From IMG/VR virus record IMGVR_UViG_3300003316_000399, positions 27,633-91,632 of that record: a DNA stretch of 64,000 bases; one strand, given 5' to 3'. The notes under the pieces were generated by a model. The model saw nothing but the letters and a program-made list of their open reading frames with translations, searched no databases and was not told the DNA's origin. Origin of the DNA: a virus (Duplodnaviria > Caudoviricetes). Position 1 is the stretch's first letter, and each line of letters starts with the position of its first letter. The position numbers and the translations under genes were made by a program. Of the stretch, positions 30,050 through 39,660 are shown piece after piece.

Positions 30050-31294
30050 TTAAGCCGACTTTTCACCCTTATAGAAATAAATCTTATTGCTACGCGAAGC
30101 AAAGTTATAAGTTACTCGTGCGTCCTGACCAACCTGTGTATTGTTCTGCTCCTGCGTAATATCCAGTTTTGGAATCCAAATGGTCTCCTCGGGTCCAACA
30201 ACATTTCGGTCAACGCCGCGCCGGAAAACTCGGATTTCTAGACCCCAATTTGTACTGTCACCAAGATCATTCGGTGTCCAGTTATCACCATCTACATCGT
30301 TCGCGGACAACTGCTTCTGAATCTTAAAATCATGCAGCAGAAGTTCTAGAGTACCAGTGATCTCAGGAATTGAATCCATGTAACCAACAACCTCTTCTGA
30401 ACCGAGTTCATTGATACGTGTGTTGGGGAACTGACCCTGTACTGTACAAGTCTGAACACGATACACACGATCCTCAACTCCAGAAGCAGTATCTACCAGC
30501 CAAATTTCCACACCCCAACCCCGCACTCCAACCGGCTGATCAGGAAGTGGAGTTGCACCGTATGCAACATGCGGAAACTCATATGTATAATCCCACTGAT
30601 TACTCAGATCAGCATGATACATAACAGTTACAGGCGTATCGTCAGCCACGGTCTCAGTATCAAAGGTAACACTAGTAGAAGTAGACGATGTGATAGCCTC
30701 ACGTGGCAAATAGCCTAAACCACTTGCAAACGCGGAAAGGACGTATGAACCATTCTTCAGCACGCGCGCGACAGGTGATGTGAAAGTAAACAGGCCAGTC
30801 TCGTCAACCGTACCGCTCGCAACTGCCACATCATACTTTAGAAAATATCTATTGGTTGCATTAAAACTAAACTCTTCAGTGCTATCACCACCAACTGAAT
30901 AGTTTAATGAGAATCGCTCCAGCTTTGCACCAGGAACGAAAAGAGTGCCTACAATCTCGTCACTATCACGCGCGGCCTTGAAAGGCTGCTCAAGACAAAC
31001 ATAATCAATATCCTGAGCTTCAACAGAACTGCCTGACGGAACAGCAGTCCAATCTACGCCAGCTAGGGCAAACTTTGTCCTAACACCAACATCCATAGAA
31101 GAAACTGTTACAGTGACTTCAGGAAGATCAAAGATACGACCAGCAATCTGATCAGAACCAAGCTCCTGCACCGGAGTGGTAGGAAGGTTTGCACCGATCT
31201 CAGCTCGCTGTACACGACCGAGACGAGTCTTACCAAGTCCATTAATGGCGTTGATTGCAGTCTCTTTGAAATTAATTGAGACTCTTGATCCCAT
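30050..31294 (-). CDS. Major tail tube protein with tandem-duplicated tube domain
   Basis: Synteny; two homologous halves (RVQ..P.T...ELGS....G....PE.T) separated by a beta-rich insert. Confidence 0.8.
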   Translation of the reverse strand: MGSRVSINFKETAINAINGLGKTRLGRVQRAEIGANLPTTPVQELGSDQIAGRIFDLPEVTVTVSSMDVGVRTKFALAGVDWTAVPSGSSVEAQDIDYVCLEQPFKAARDSDEIVGTLFVPGAKLERFSLNYSVGGDSTEEFSFNATNRYFLKYDVAVASGTVDETGLFTFTSPVARVLKNGSYVLSAFASGLGYLPREAITSSTSTSVTFDTETVADDTPVTVMYHADLSNQWDYTYEFPHVAYGATPLPDQPVGVRGWGVEIWLVDTASGVEDRVYRVQTCTVQGQFPNTRINELGSEEVVGYMDSIPEITGTLELLLHDFKIQKQLSANDVDGDNWTPNDLGDSTNWGLEIRVFRRGVDRNVVGPEETIWIPKLDITQEQNNTQVGQDARVTYNFASRSNKIYFYKGEKSA

Positions 31295-31315
31295 ATAAAT
31301 CTCCTAAAAAAAAAA

Positions 31316-31777
31316 TTAAATACCGATTACATGTAAGTCAGTAAATATTACGCCTACCCAAAAGAATTTCTCATTCTCGGTATCAAAATTTGGTAATGAT
31401 TGTATTTTCATATAATCACCAAATTGACATGTATATTCTACATATGAGCCACTGGCAGGTATATTACCAGAGTAGTTTGAATATATTTGTACAGAAGATG
31501 TATGTAATCCTTCATATAATGCAGATAAAATTGCGTCGCGTTGCATTCTTGACTTTGCACTTATATTATATATACACGGAATTGATGTACCGAAAGAACC
31601 AAGTTCGATGTTCATAGTCTCTACATCACCTAATGATACCGCAATGGCTGGATTCTTGAACGACGGATCGTCAAATCTTACACCATAACTTTCTCCAGCC
31701 ATAACCTCGATACCAGACGGTGCTATATCTACCGCGTTCTGTATAACTGCCCTATATACCTTTTCTAAAAAATACAT
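31316..31777 (-). CDS. Putative tail terminator protein
   Basis: Directly upstream of the tail tube; PAIAVS..IELGS, SRMQRD; likely start MYFLEK. Confidence 0.6.
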   Translation of the reverse strand: MYFLEKVYRAVIQNAVDIAPSGIEVMAGESYGVRFDDPSFKNPAIAVSLGDVETMNIELGSFGTSIPCIYNISAKSRMQRDAILSALYEGLHTSSVQIYSNYSGNIPASGSYVEYTCQFGDYMKIQSLPNFDTENEKFFWVGVIFTDLHVIGI

Positions 31778-31784
31778 ATTATTC

Positions 31785-32618
31785 CTAAAATGGTAATCCA
31801 AAAGACAATTCGCGAGCATAATCCTCGATAGAAATATACTCTTCATGTTTTGGGCGTTTTGCAGATACCCAATTTAATAAATTTCCATACACATCGCTAG
31901 ATGTAGATTTATTATTTATGAATGTGTCAAGTAAATATTCATCCAGCCAAGCGCGTCCGATTCTCAGCCAGTTCGATAAACTACGCTCCGCATCCTCAAT
32001 AAAATGCAAACCCGGAACATTAGGATACCCTGGCCTTGATCCAAAACTAGTACCGTAATTAAATGGCATTAAAAATGGAACTAACTCCACAACTTCAGCG
32101 AATCTAGAATTGCGATCATAAATCACATCTTCGTAGGTTACAATTTTACCATGCCGTCTAACGCGATCTAGAACCTTGATTCTGTAATGTGGTTTCGACA
32201 TCACATCTTCACTTTTTGACGGAACACGTTTCGCAATGATTGGCTGGCTTTCATCAAAAATAGCTTGCCAATAGACCAACCGCGTTCTATAATTGTTAGC
32301 TGTTCTGCGTGTACGATAACCAGATTCTTGCCAAGACTGTAATAATCTATTACTGCCGCTTAATACAAGATCATCAAATATGCGATTCTGCGACAGTGAT
32401 ACATGCCTTGTAACAAATCTTGTAAAATGCCCAACAATAGCATAGCGCAGGCTCGGAGCGCGTATGGCTTCTGGATGATTAGACATCCTCGTATCAGCCA
32501 ACCGAATCATTGTGTTATACGCAATTAGTAAGCAGACAGCTTTTATATAATTACTAATATTCGGTAATTCTCTAATTATATCATTTGTTTTGATGCGTAG
32601 ATTCTTAAACTCGGCCAT
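31785..32618 (-). CDS. Putative neck/tail-completion protein (Arg-rich)
   Basis: Synteny; NYGT...P..HFIE resembles HK97 gp10-like proteins. Confidence 0.45.
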   Translation of the reverse strand: MAEFKNLRIKTNDIIRELPNISNYIKAVCLLIAYNTMIRLADTRMSNHPEAIRAPSLRYAIVGHFTRFVTRHVSLSQNRIFDDLVLSGSNRLLQSWQESGYRTRRTANNYRTRLVYWQAIFDESQPIIAKRVPSKSEDVMSKPHYRIKVLDRVRRHGKIVTYEDVIYDRNSRFAEVVELVPFLMPFNYGTSFGSRPGYPNVPGLHFIEDAERSLSNWLRIGRAWLDEYLLDTFINNKSTSSDVYGNLLNWVSAKRPKHEEYISIEDYARELSFGLPF

Positions 32619-32639
32619 AACACATCTCTTTTGACTTTA

Positions 32640-32909
32640 CTATTCCTCTATAGTAAGACCAACACGCCGCTCAATTTCTCTACGAAGATCGTTATATCCA
32701 TCTAAAACAGCTTTCCGAACCTCTCGAAATATCTCGGGAGGAAGATTTAAGCTTTCTAACCGACTAAGTGTATGTTTTGTATGCTTTCCAGTTGCATGAT
32801 CTAGCATTTCTAACATATTTAGTAAGTCTGGAACGGAGTATGTTTTTGTCATAATTATTTTTTCCTCATCTCCTTTGTTAACTAACCCTATAACCTCCTG
32901 TATTTTCAA
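32640..32909 (-). CDS. Hypothetical protein
   Basis: Operon context. Confidence 0.5.
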   Translation of the reverse strand: MKIQEVIGLVNKGDEEKIIMTKTYSVPDLLNMLEMLDHATGKHTKHTLSRLESLNLPPEIFREVRKAVLDGYNDLRREIERRVGLTIEE

Positions 32910-33336
32910 TCTCTATAAGATTCAAATACACATGTGTAATTTCAGATAATCCTGAATATGCCCAATTTTTAACGCTACAAATACGATTGTCTACCTTTAC
33001 TGTAACAATTTTGTTAAGTATATCATCAATGATTGTATTAGTAGCAATGATGATACTACAATCACCATCTACAGCTTGACCCATAGGTGTATATAACTTG
33101 GTGTCACTGATAGCCCATCGTATTTCCGCATTATAGACCATTGTAGTTTCTACACGTATAACGCCATTGCCATTGCATGTTGGACAAAATGGATCAACAT
33201 CATCACCACACGTTGGACAAATTTCTTGTGATGCCTGAAGCGTTAGAAGAACTGGTCTTCCAACAGCATCAATAATCCCAGCAATAACTTCTTGTTGTAT
33301 TTTAATATCAGGCTTTTGAATTTGAATCGCGCTCAT
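32878..33336 (-). CDS. Putative head-closure protein with a Zn-ribbon
   Basis: CPTC..FCPTCNGNG; neck-gene synteny. Confidence 0.6.
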   Translation of the reverse strand: MSAIQIQKPDIKIQQEVIAGIIDAVGRPVLLTLQASQEICPTCGDDVDPFCPTCNGNGVIRVETTMVYNAEIRWAISDTKLYTPMGQAVDGDCSIIIATNTIIDDILNKIVTVKVDNRICSVKNWAYSGLSEITHVYLNLIEIENTGGYRVS

Positions 33337-34507
33337 TTATAACCGCCGTCAATAATTCTGAAAATTCATTGGCTACGTTTTTCCAAACGTAATCCTCACG
33401 GTTAACTAATTCGTAACCTTTTATACCAATCTCTTTTCGATAATTTGCATCTACATACAAAAGATTTAATGCCTGAACAAAAGCTTGTTTATCAGCAATA
33501 CCACCAATTGTGTTAATACCTCCGGGACGAACCTCAGTTGTATAACAAGGGATTGCAATACCGCCATCTGCTGCCCACTCACCCAATGCAGACCAATTTG
33601 GAAAAACCTGAGGTACCGCACAAGCCATTCCTTCCATCTGACACAAACCCCATCCCTCACCATTAGTAGTGGAGATCTGCACATCCAGCGTGCTGTAAAT
33701 AAATTTCATCTGTTCCTTACTCACGCCATTGAGAGAAGTTATTGCTGGTGAAGTAACAATTAAACGATTTTTCACGCCGTAATAATCCATAAGATCAGGA
33801 ATATCCCAACCAACATCATTTAATGAACCATGAAATAAAAACTTTACAGTCTCTGGTTTATGCTCTGCAAACTCTGCAAAGTATTCAATAGCAAGATCAA
33901 GTCTCTTTCGTGGCTGGTTTCTGTTCACTGATCCAACAATAAACAAATCTTCAGCTAAACCACCCACTTTGCGCGCAACAGCGCGCTCAACTGGGCTAAA
34001 AATAGATCGATCAAATCCGTGTGGAATAACCTGTAATTTCGTAGTCATACCTGCATTTAAAAACTGATTTTTCCCGAATTCTGTATAAGCGATAGCGACA
34101 TCAAGCCAATTAAGACCTTCTCCAAATCGACGTTGGATGTTTAATCCATCAACTGGCATATACGCGGCTTTGATTCCATCATAATTTGCTAAATCAAATG
34201 CTTCCTTATAACGGATAACAACCCATGGATCATTTACCATCAATACCGCATCTGGTTTGATGGTATGTAGTAAGCCAGGTAATCTATTAACTCCGTGCAT
34301 ATCGCCGCCGGTTAAACTTGGATAAATTGGATAATTAAATGAATGCGGATCACCTCGATAGTTAATACCAAGAATATGAATATTCCATTGTTTTGATAAA
34401 TTATCCGCAATCCCATGAACAACTGTTGCAAAACCTGTATGACCTACTGCATCCCCTACAATAAGAAGTGATGGCTTTGATGGTACTGAACGTCCCCTCA
34501 TAATCAA
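33308..34507 (-). CDS. Glycosyltransferase family 4 (GT-B) embedded in the neck gene cluster
   Basis: HTGFATV, VIPHG, NRNQPRKRLD and EGWGLCQMEGMAC (EX7E) motifs. Confidence 0.92.
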   Translation of the reverse strand: MIMRGRSVPSKPSLLIVGDAVGHTGFATVVHGIADNLSKQWNIHILGINYRGDPHSFNYPIYPSLTGGDMHGVNRLPGLLHTIKPDAVLMVNDPWVVIRYKEAFDLANYDGIKAAYMPVDGLNIQRRFGEGLNWLDVAIAYTEFGKNQFLNAGMTTKLQVIPHGFDRSIFSPVERAVARKVGGLAEDLFIVGSVNRNQPRKRLDLAIEYFAEFAEHKPETVKFLFHGSLNDVGWDIPDLMDYYGVKNRLIVTSPAITSLNGVSKEQMKFIYSTLDVQISTTNGEGWGLCQMEGMACAVPQVFPNWSALGEWAADGGIAIPCYTTEVRPGGINTIGGIADKQAFVQALNLLYVDANYRKEIGIKGYELVNREDYVWKNVANEFSELLTAVINERDSNSKA

Positions 34508-34516
34508 ATTCTCCTT

Positions 34517-35137
34517 TTAAAATCGCATTACAATGTAAGGGAACGAAGACTTTGTTCCCCCTGCTAATTTGCCTTTAAAAAACGCATTGAGTTCATTAAA
34601 TGCGTTCTCATAAATTTGACTCAAAACTCTGCTCTTTTCCAAATTGGAAAATGTATAATCTCGTGTAGACCAGTGTTGAAATGATTCTGCACTGGATGTT
34701 AAAATCATTCGTTGAAGTGCTAGAACAGCGGCTAGTATTACAATATATTGATCATATTCTGAGATAACGGGCTGATCATCTGTGAATGTATGACGCGGGT
34801 TTCTTACAACATCCCCGTTATCCAATCCACTTGGAACTGAGGTGTAAGAATTATCTATTTTCACATACTCATATCCAGATGGAACAATAGTGATAACACC
34901 ATCGGTATCTGTAACATCTTCATACCAATAATAAACATTCTCAGGAAGAGGATGTATCGATGTAACAGATTGACCAGTAACATATTTCCTATCCCATCGT
35001 CGTTCCAGCATAATAATCCCAGCAATTAATGCTGTTCTAAGAATAATATCAGAAAATCTGGTCCCATCGTAATCTCCAATATGAAAGCGGAGCTGCGGAA
35101 TTAGATAATCGATATTTGTAGGATACTGTACTAACAT
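34517..35137 (-). CDS. Putative head-tail adaptor
   Basis: LRFHIGD..FSD..L pattern; synteny. Confidence 0.6.
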   Translation of the reverse strand: MLVQYPTNIDYLIPQLRFHIGDYDGTRFSDIILRTALIAGIIMLERRWDRKYVTGQSVTSIHPLPENVYYWYEDVTDTDGVITIVPSGYEYVKIDNSYTSVPSGLDNGDVVRNPRHTFTDDQPVISEYDQYIVILAAVLALQRMILTSSAESFQHWSTRDYTFSNLEKSRVLSQIYENAFNELNAFFKGKLAGGTKSSFPYIVMRF

Positions 35138-35139
35138 AA

Positions 35140-35370
35140 TTATCCACTATTCCGCGAGGCGCGTAGTGCAATATATTTCTCAAGATCCTCATCAGTTAAT
35201 GTGGATAGAATTTCACTAATATCTTGATTTCTACGTTTTTCAATATCTGTTTCTACGATTTTAACTGTAGCTGACAAAGTTTCATGAAGACTTTGTAAAT
35301 CCTTTGATGAGAATGATTGACCGATAAACTGCACCCAGCCCTCGACAGATATAAAAATACCATTTAACAT
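35140..35370 (-). CDS. Hypothetical protein
   Basis: Operon context. Confidence 0.5.
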   Translation of the reverse strand: MLNGIFISVEGWVQFIGQSFSSKDLQSLHETLSATVKIVETDIEKRRNQDISEILSTLTDEDLEKYIALRASRNSG

Positions 35371-35379
35371 ATTATTTTT

Positions 35380-35640
35380 TTACTCTCGTACAACATTGAG
35401 ATTGGTTCCATGACCAGCGTTAAGTAATGTAATTAATGCATTCTTAGTTGTTGAAACCACTGCCACAACTTTATTGGCATCTAAATCGCTATTACTTCCT
35501 TCAAAAGCTTCTGCATCAAGCCAACCAGAACCCCCGTTATAAGTAAGCTCTCGCTCCATAGCATCAAGTGCATCGATAGCTTCAAGCAAACGAGTCGCGT
35601 TATAGCGAGTAAGTGTGACATAATCCTGTTTACGTGACAT
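35380..35640 (-). CDS. Hypothetical protein
   Basis: RBS GGGAG, operon context. Confidence 0.6.
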   Translation of the reverse strand: MSRKQDYVTLTRYNATRLLEAIDALDAMERELTYNGGSGWLDAEAFEGSNSDLDANKVVAVVSTTKNALITLLNAGHGTNLNVVRE

Positions 35641-35662
35641 AGTTTATCTCCCATCTCTTTCA

Positions 35663-36274
35663 CTAAGTAATAAGCCCAAAATTCCTAGCCGCTGTCCAAA
35701 CTCTATTTAACATAGTTTGTTCATTAGAACCATACGTTGCAGCAGCTGTCAATGCTCCTCCTGTTTGTCGAGCAACCGCCGCTGCGCCTAGGAAACCAAT
35801 CATTGCTTGTGTACCGTCAGATTCTAATTGTAACACTGTTCTAGCTGCTGTATCATGAATAAAAATAGTAGATCTGGCAGCACGTGTGGAATCTGTTGCA
35901 CTGGACCATACTGTGCGTAAGGTTAACGCAGTTCTATTTGTAGTAGTGCTTGATTGTAATCTCAAAACAATATCACTACCAAAGTTTGCAGCAGGTGTTC
36001 CAGAACTTGCATTTCTATCAACCGTGAGTACAGTGGCGTTTGCGGTAGACGCGGGGGATGATTGATGAACTACGCGCATCGGTAAACTTGAAGTAACCTG
36101 CGTAGACGTTGAAATAAGTGCTGAATTACTCAAAATACCACTTGCTGTAAATACAGGTACAGAATCTACAGTTCCGCTGCCGGTTATGGCATCGCCTTGC
36201 TCTAAAAATTCGTTCGTATTTTGTTTGATGAAAATACGACCTCCGGTACTGTAAAGAATGAGACCTTTTTGCAT
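35663..36274 (-). CDS. Putative virion accessory/fibre protein (Ser/Thr/Ala-rich)
   Basis: Composition; C-terminal IGFLGAAAVARQT...RNFGLIT typical of phage fibre ends. Confidence 0.55.
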   Translation of the reverse strand: MQKGLILYSTGGRIFIKQNTNEFLEQGDAITGSGTVDSVPVFTASGILSNSALISTSTQVTSSLPMRVVHQSSPASTANATVLTVDRNASSGTPAANFGSDIVLRLQSSTTTNRTALTLRTVWSSATDSTRAARSTIFIHDTAARTVLQLESDGTQAMIGFLGAAAVARQTGGALTAAATYGSNEQTMLNRVWTAARNFGLIT

Positions 36275-36286
36275 GGTATTTTCCTT

Positions 36287-36823
36287 TTATGCAATAATTT
36301 CAATACCTGGAGTAAAACTTACAGTTACATACGTGCCACCAACATTAATAATATCACCCACTGATTGAATAAGATTGCCAGTGGATGTAGCTGGTGATTT
36401 TGTAGTACCACCAGCAGTTGTACTTAAAAATGCCTCTAATCCTACATCACTAGCCACAAATGTACCAACTGGAACTCTATCATTATCACCTGCTGTATAT
36501 ACCGTTGCAGAAGCACTTGAACTGTATGATTGCTTTACAAAACCTTCAGTGGGCTTTGTATGATCTGTTGCATTAGCTTTACGCACGGATTTTGTGCCAG
36601 ATACATCATGAAAGTTTACCCAATCACCTGCAGATAGAGCTTCACTCGCAGTGGCTGATTGAGTTTCTGGACCAATTCCTGTCGGAAAGAAAGAAACATC
36701 CAGCTTACCATTTGAATCTAAACCGGGGATTTCACCAGCGCTTCCGCCCCCGGATGATGTACTAACTGTACTCTTACGCCGCGTCTTTAGCGTGGATGGA
36801 TCGAAATCTAAATAATTTCCCAT
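36287..36823 (-). CDS. Putative capsid decoration/head-fibre protein
   Basis: ASEALSAGDWV..VRKANA..GFV pattern of cement-like domains. Confidence 0.55.
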   Translation of the reverse strand: MGNYLDFDPSTLKTRRKSTVSTSSGGGSAGEIPGLDSNGKLDVSFFPTGIGPETQSATASEALSAGDWVNFHDVSGTKSVRKANATDHTKPTEGFVKQSYSSSASATVYTAGDNDRVPVGTFVASDVGLEAFLSTTAGGTTKSPATSTGNLIQSVGDIINVGGTYVTVSFTPGIEIIA

Positions 36824-36836
36824 AAATTAATATTCC

Positions 36837-37244
36837 TTAAAGAATATAAGCAGTATTATCATTTTGTATAATTAACGTATCGGGAGGAGAAGCTATACCA
36901 ATATATTGTACAAATACAAAATCTGAATCAACGCCGTAAGCCGGGTTGCCATTTTTACCAACAATAACTGGTGCCTGAATACCAAAGTTATATACTGATA
37001 CCAATTTACCAATATTCTGCACCTTTACTAATTCATTAGCGCTCCGTGCCTCAACCGATAAACCAACGATATTTCCGGCATGTGTAATGTTACGTGCATC
37101 CGCGTGCTCTAGAACATTGTTAACGAGCGCAACAATTTTACCAGATTGTATTCCAGTGCTTCCAGCCGGAAATGTTTCTAAATCCTGTGATAAATTTTCT
37201 AAACGTATTATCCGTGTTAGTAATGAATCACCGGGAACTAACAC
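36837..37244 (-). CDS. Putative capsid decoration/head-fibre protein
   Basis: Similar pattern (IVAL..HADA..IVGLS..VKVQNIG). Confidence 0.5.
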   Translation of the reverse strand: MLVPGDSLLTRIIRLENLSQDLETFPAGSTGIQSGKIVALVNNVLEHADARNITHAGNIVGLSVEARSANELVKVQNIGKLVSVYNFGIQAPVIVGKNGNPAYGVDSDFVFVQYIGIASPPDTLIIQNDNTAYIL

Positions 37245-37534
37245 GGAGTCGTAAAAAAATCCGGCACGTCAATGACTTGAACATCTGTCAAATCACCCAT
37301 ATAAATACGTCCATCGAGATCGGCAACCTGTGGTAATACTGTATAATGCCCAGGTTGTATATTATTACTGAATAGGGACTTTTCTACGCGTAAATACCCG
37401 CTTTCCAACACCCCGTCAAATCGATAATTTACATTCTGAGTAATTACAAATGCGAATCCAGAAGTAGCAGGTATTGTATTACTGTATGTAAAATCCAAAT
37501 AACCGCCGGTCTCGCCTTGAAATACTTTTAACAT
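37238..37534 (-). CDS. Hypothetical virion protein (small Ig-like)
   Basis: Operon context, beta-rich. Confidence 0.45.
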   Translation of the reverse strand: MLKVFQGETGGYLDFTYSNTIPATSGFAFVITQNVNYRFDGVLESGYLRVEKSLFSNNIQPGHYTVLPQVADLDGRIYMGDLTDVQVIDVPDFFTTPC

Positions 37535-37541
37535 ATGAGTC

Positions 37542-38036
37542 CTATGTTAATTCATTAAGACGATTTTTAATGATATCGATTGCACGAATCGGTCGTCCAA
37601 TAGTTGTAGCACAATCTAGAATACGCTGAACAGTAACTCGATTTGCAACTGCGGCTAATTTACTTGTTAGATCTTCATACTTTCTAGTAGAGGCAATATC
37701 CTCAATATCCTCATCGCTATAAACTGTCACACTATTTACAGATGCAGGGGTATATGGTGCTAGTAAACCCTTCGACAATAGATATGAATTTGCCTTGAGA
37801 AAATAACTATGATCATCATCACTATATAAATCAATGACCTGATTATCTTCGTCGAATTCCGATACAATGACCGCCGCGCCGAGATTATCGAGCCCTGATC
37901 GAATCTTCTTACTTGCGAGAATAAACGTTACTTTATTTCCGGTATCAGGATCTAATCTAAAACCAGAGAATGAATAAGGTACAGTTGATCTATAACTTGC
38001 TACAACCTTGTTATTTGTAAAATATTTGTTATTCAT
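37542..38036 (-). CDS. Hypothetical protein after the major capsid gene
   Basis: RBS AAGGAG. Confidence 0.65.
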   Translation of the reverse strand: MNNKYFTNNKVVASYRSTVPYSFSGFRLDPDTGNKVTFILASKKIRSGLDNLGAAVIVSEFDEDNQVIDLYSDDDHSYFLKANSYLLSKGLLAPYTPASVNSVTVYSDEDIEDIASTRKYEDLTSKLAAVANRVTVQRILDCATTIGRPIRAIDIIKNRLNELT

Positions 38037-38048
38037 TGATTAACTCCT

Positions 38049-38072
38049 TAAAAGGGGCAGTATTACTGCCCC
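38049..38072 (-). terminator. Terminator-like hairpin after the major capsid gene
   Basis: GGGGCAGT-AAT-ACTGCCCC followed by TTTTAA on the minus strand. Confidence 0.65.
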
Positions 38073-38088
38073 ATCCTATTCTACTAAC

Positions 38089-39069
38089 TTACGGAATATG
38101 ATACTGATATGTTGGTGATGGCACCTTAATAATACCAATATTCTCAGCGCGATCGATCATCATGCCGAACTGCTTCATAAGGTGAAGCTGATAAGCTGGA
38201 GGCTGAACAGTGGTATCGCGATGATCCCAGCTTTCAATACCATCATAGAGTAAAATCTCGCCCGCGTTGTCTCCGATGACAAGAACCTTATCATCTTCGA
38301 GCAGCGGAGTATCAAATCCACCAAGTTCGTGCTTGTAAACCTGACCGAGTTCAACAAGTGTATTACCCTTGTAACTAGTCAGGCGCCCGTTGCGGCGATA
38401 TTCCTCAAGGATAGCCTGAATACCGATAACACCGTTGGTATTCGTATTTACAACAGGAGTAACCTCCTGCACACCAGCAAAACTATACACCTTCTGAAGT
38501 GCCTGACGGGTACCGACAATTGCACGGATATTACCAGCATAACGCAGTACGGTCTCGACCATGTTATCAAGGATAGTCTCGGTTAGACCAGTGGAACTTG
38601 CATCAAAGTAATTCGTATTACTTGTAGTGCCATCCCAAATATCGGCAATCATACGATACACACGCGCTACAGTAGCATCAACAAGCTCTGCCTCAAGCTC
38701 ACTACGAATAGCGTCGATACTGCCTAACTCACCGCGTCGCAGCTCCCATTCATTCATACGCACACCAGCAATAATACTATCATACTGATACGCCATGATA
38801 TCACGCACGGCAATCTGTGAAGTACGATGCATAGTTCCAGGAACAAACGAATAAACACGATGCCCACTTCGTACACGCTTTACGTACTGTGTACCAGGGG
38901 TACCAGAACGCACGCGCAAGAAGGTATTAAAAATATCGAGTGTTAGGTGGTTAGGGTTAATTGATTCAATGACCATTTCAGCAAAAGCTCTATTCGGCGC
39001 GCCATTACGACCTTCTGGATCATAAGACATCGCAACTTCTGCTAAGGCTTTCTTTAGTTTCTCATCCAT
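38089..39069 (-). CDS. Major capsid protein (HK97-fold expected)
   Basis: 326 aa; follows protease/scaffold and decoration genes; followed by a terminator; capsid-like C-terminus (QFGMMI...IGII). Confidence 0.8.
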   Translation of the reverse strand: MDEKLKKALAEVAMSYDPEGRNGAPNRAFAEMVIESINPNHLTLDIFNTFLRVRSGTPGTQYVKRVRSGHRVYSFVPGTMHRTSQIAVRDIMAYQYDSIIAGVRMNEWELRRGELGSIDAIRSELEAELVDATVARVYRMIADIWDGTTSNTNYFDASSTGLTETILDNMVETVLRYAGNIRAIVGTRQALQKVYSFAGVQEVTPVVNTNTNGVIGIQAILEEYRRNGRLTSYKGNTLVELGQVYKHELGGFDTPLLEDDKVLVIGDNAGEILLYDGIESWDHRDTTVQPPAYQLHLMKQFGMMIDRAENIGIIKVPSPTYQYHIP

Positions 39070-39092
39070 AATTTATTAAATCCTATTATAAT

Positions 39093-39641
39093 TTACTGAT
39101 TCAGGTAAAGAGTAAACGTAATCTCGTCGCGTGCAGTATTATATTCTAGGATCTCGCCAATCGCAGCCTCATTAGAAGCTGCTACCGCGCCGCTACCACC
39201 ACCTGCACATCGAATACGGGTAAAAGGTACGCGTAGGCTTGGATGATCAACAAACCAACTAATCGGTACAGTATAAGCACCGCCGCGATGTAGCTGCAGC
39301 TTCCAACCACTAGTAGCAGTCGGATTATCTAATACTGAAGGACCAATATTATAGAAAGTCTGTGTCTGAATAAAAGACTGTCCATCGAAACCAGTGGCAT
39401 TTCTTGGATTAATTGTACTATAATCGCGCGCGGTAAACAGCCCAGCTGGAGTGGGACGATCAAAATTATCAGGCGGTACCAACGCCACCCACACATTCAC
39501 TGCACCAGAACCAGCTAAAGCTACATTCGGAAGATCTTCGTGAATACCAGACTGACTGGCAACAACAAAACGACCCTCGGGAATGGTCTCACTAGCAACT
39601 CCACCTAGAACGCGAAGTGACTGAAGAGTTTCATAAGCCAT
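39093..39641 (-). CDS. Capsid decoration/cement protein
   Basis: Between scaffold and MCP; ETIPEGRFVV motif. Confidence 0.6.
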   Translation of the reverse strand: MAYETLQSLRVLGGVASETIPEGRFVVASQSGIHEDLPNVALAGSGAVNVWVALVPPDNFDRPTPAGLFTARDYSTINPRNATGFDGQSFIQTQTFYNIGPSVLDNPTATSGWKLQLHRGGAYTVPISWFVDHPSLRVPFTRIRCAGGGSGAVAASNEAAIGEILEYNTARDEITFTLYLNQ

Positions 39642-39660
39642 TTTCTAAATTCCTTTTTTA

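Noticed and set aside
16996-38586. Many short plus-strand and alternate-frame ORFs in the track over the structural genes
   Set aside because: They lie wholly inside well-supported minus-strand genes with no independent signals
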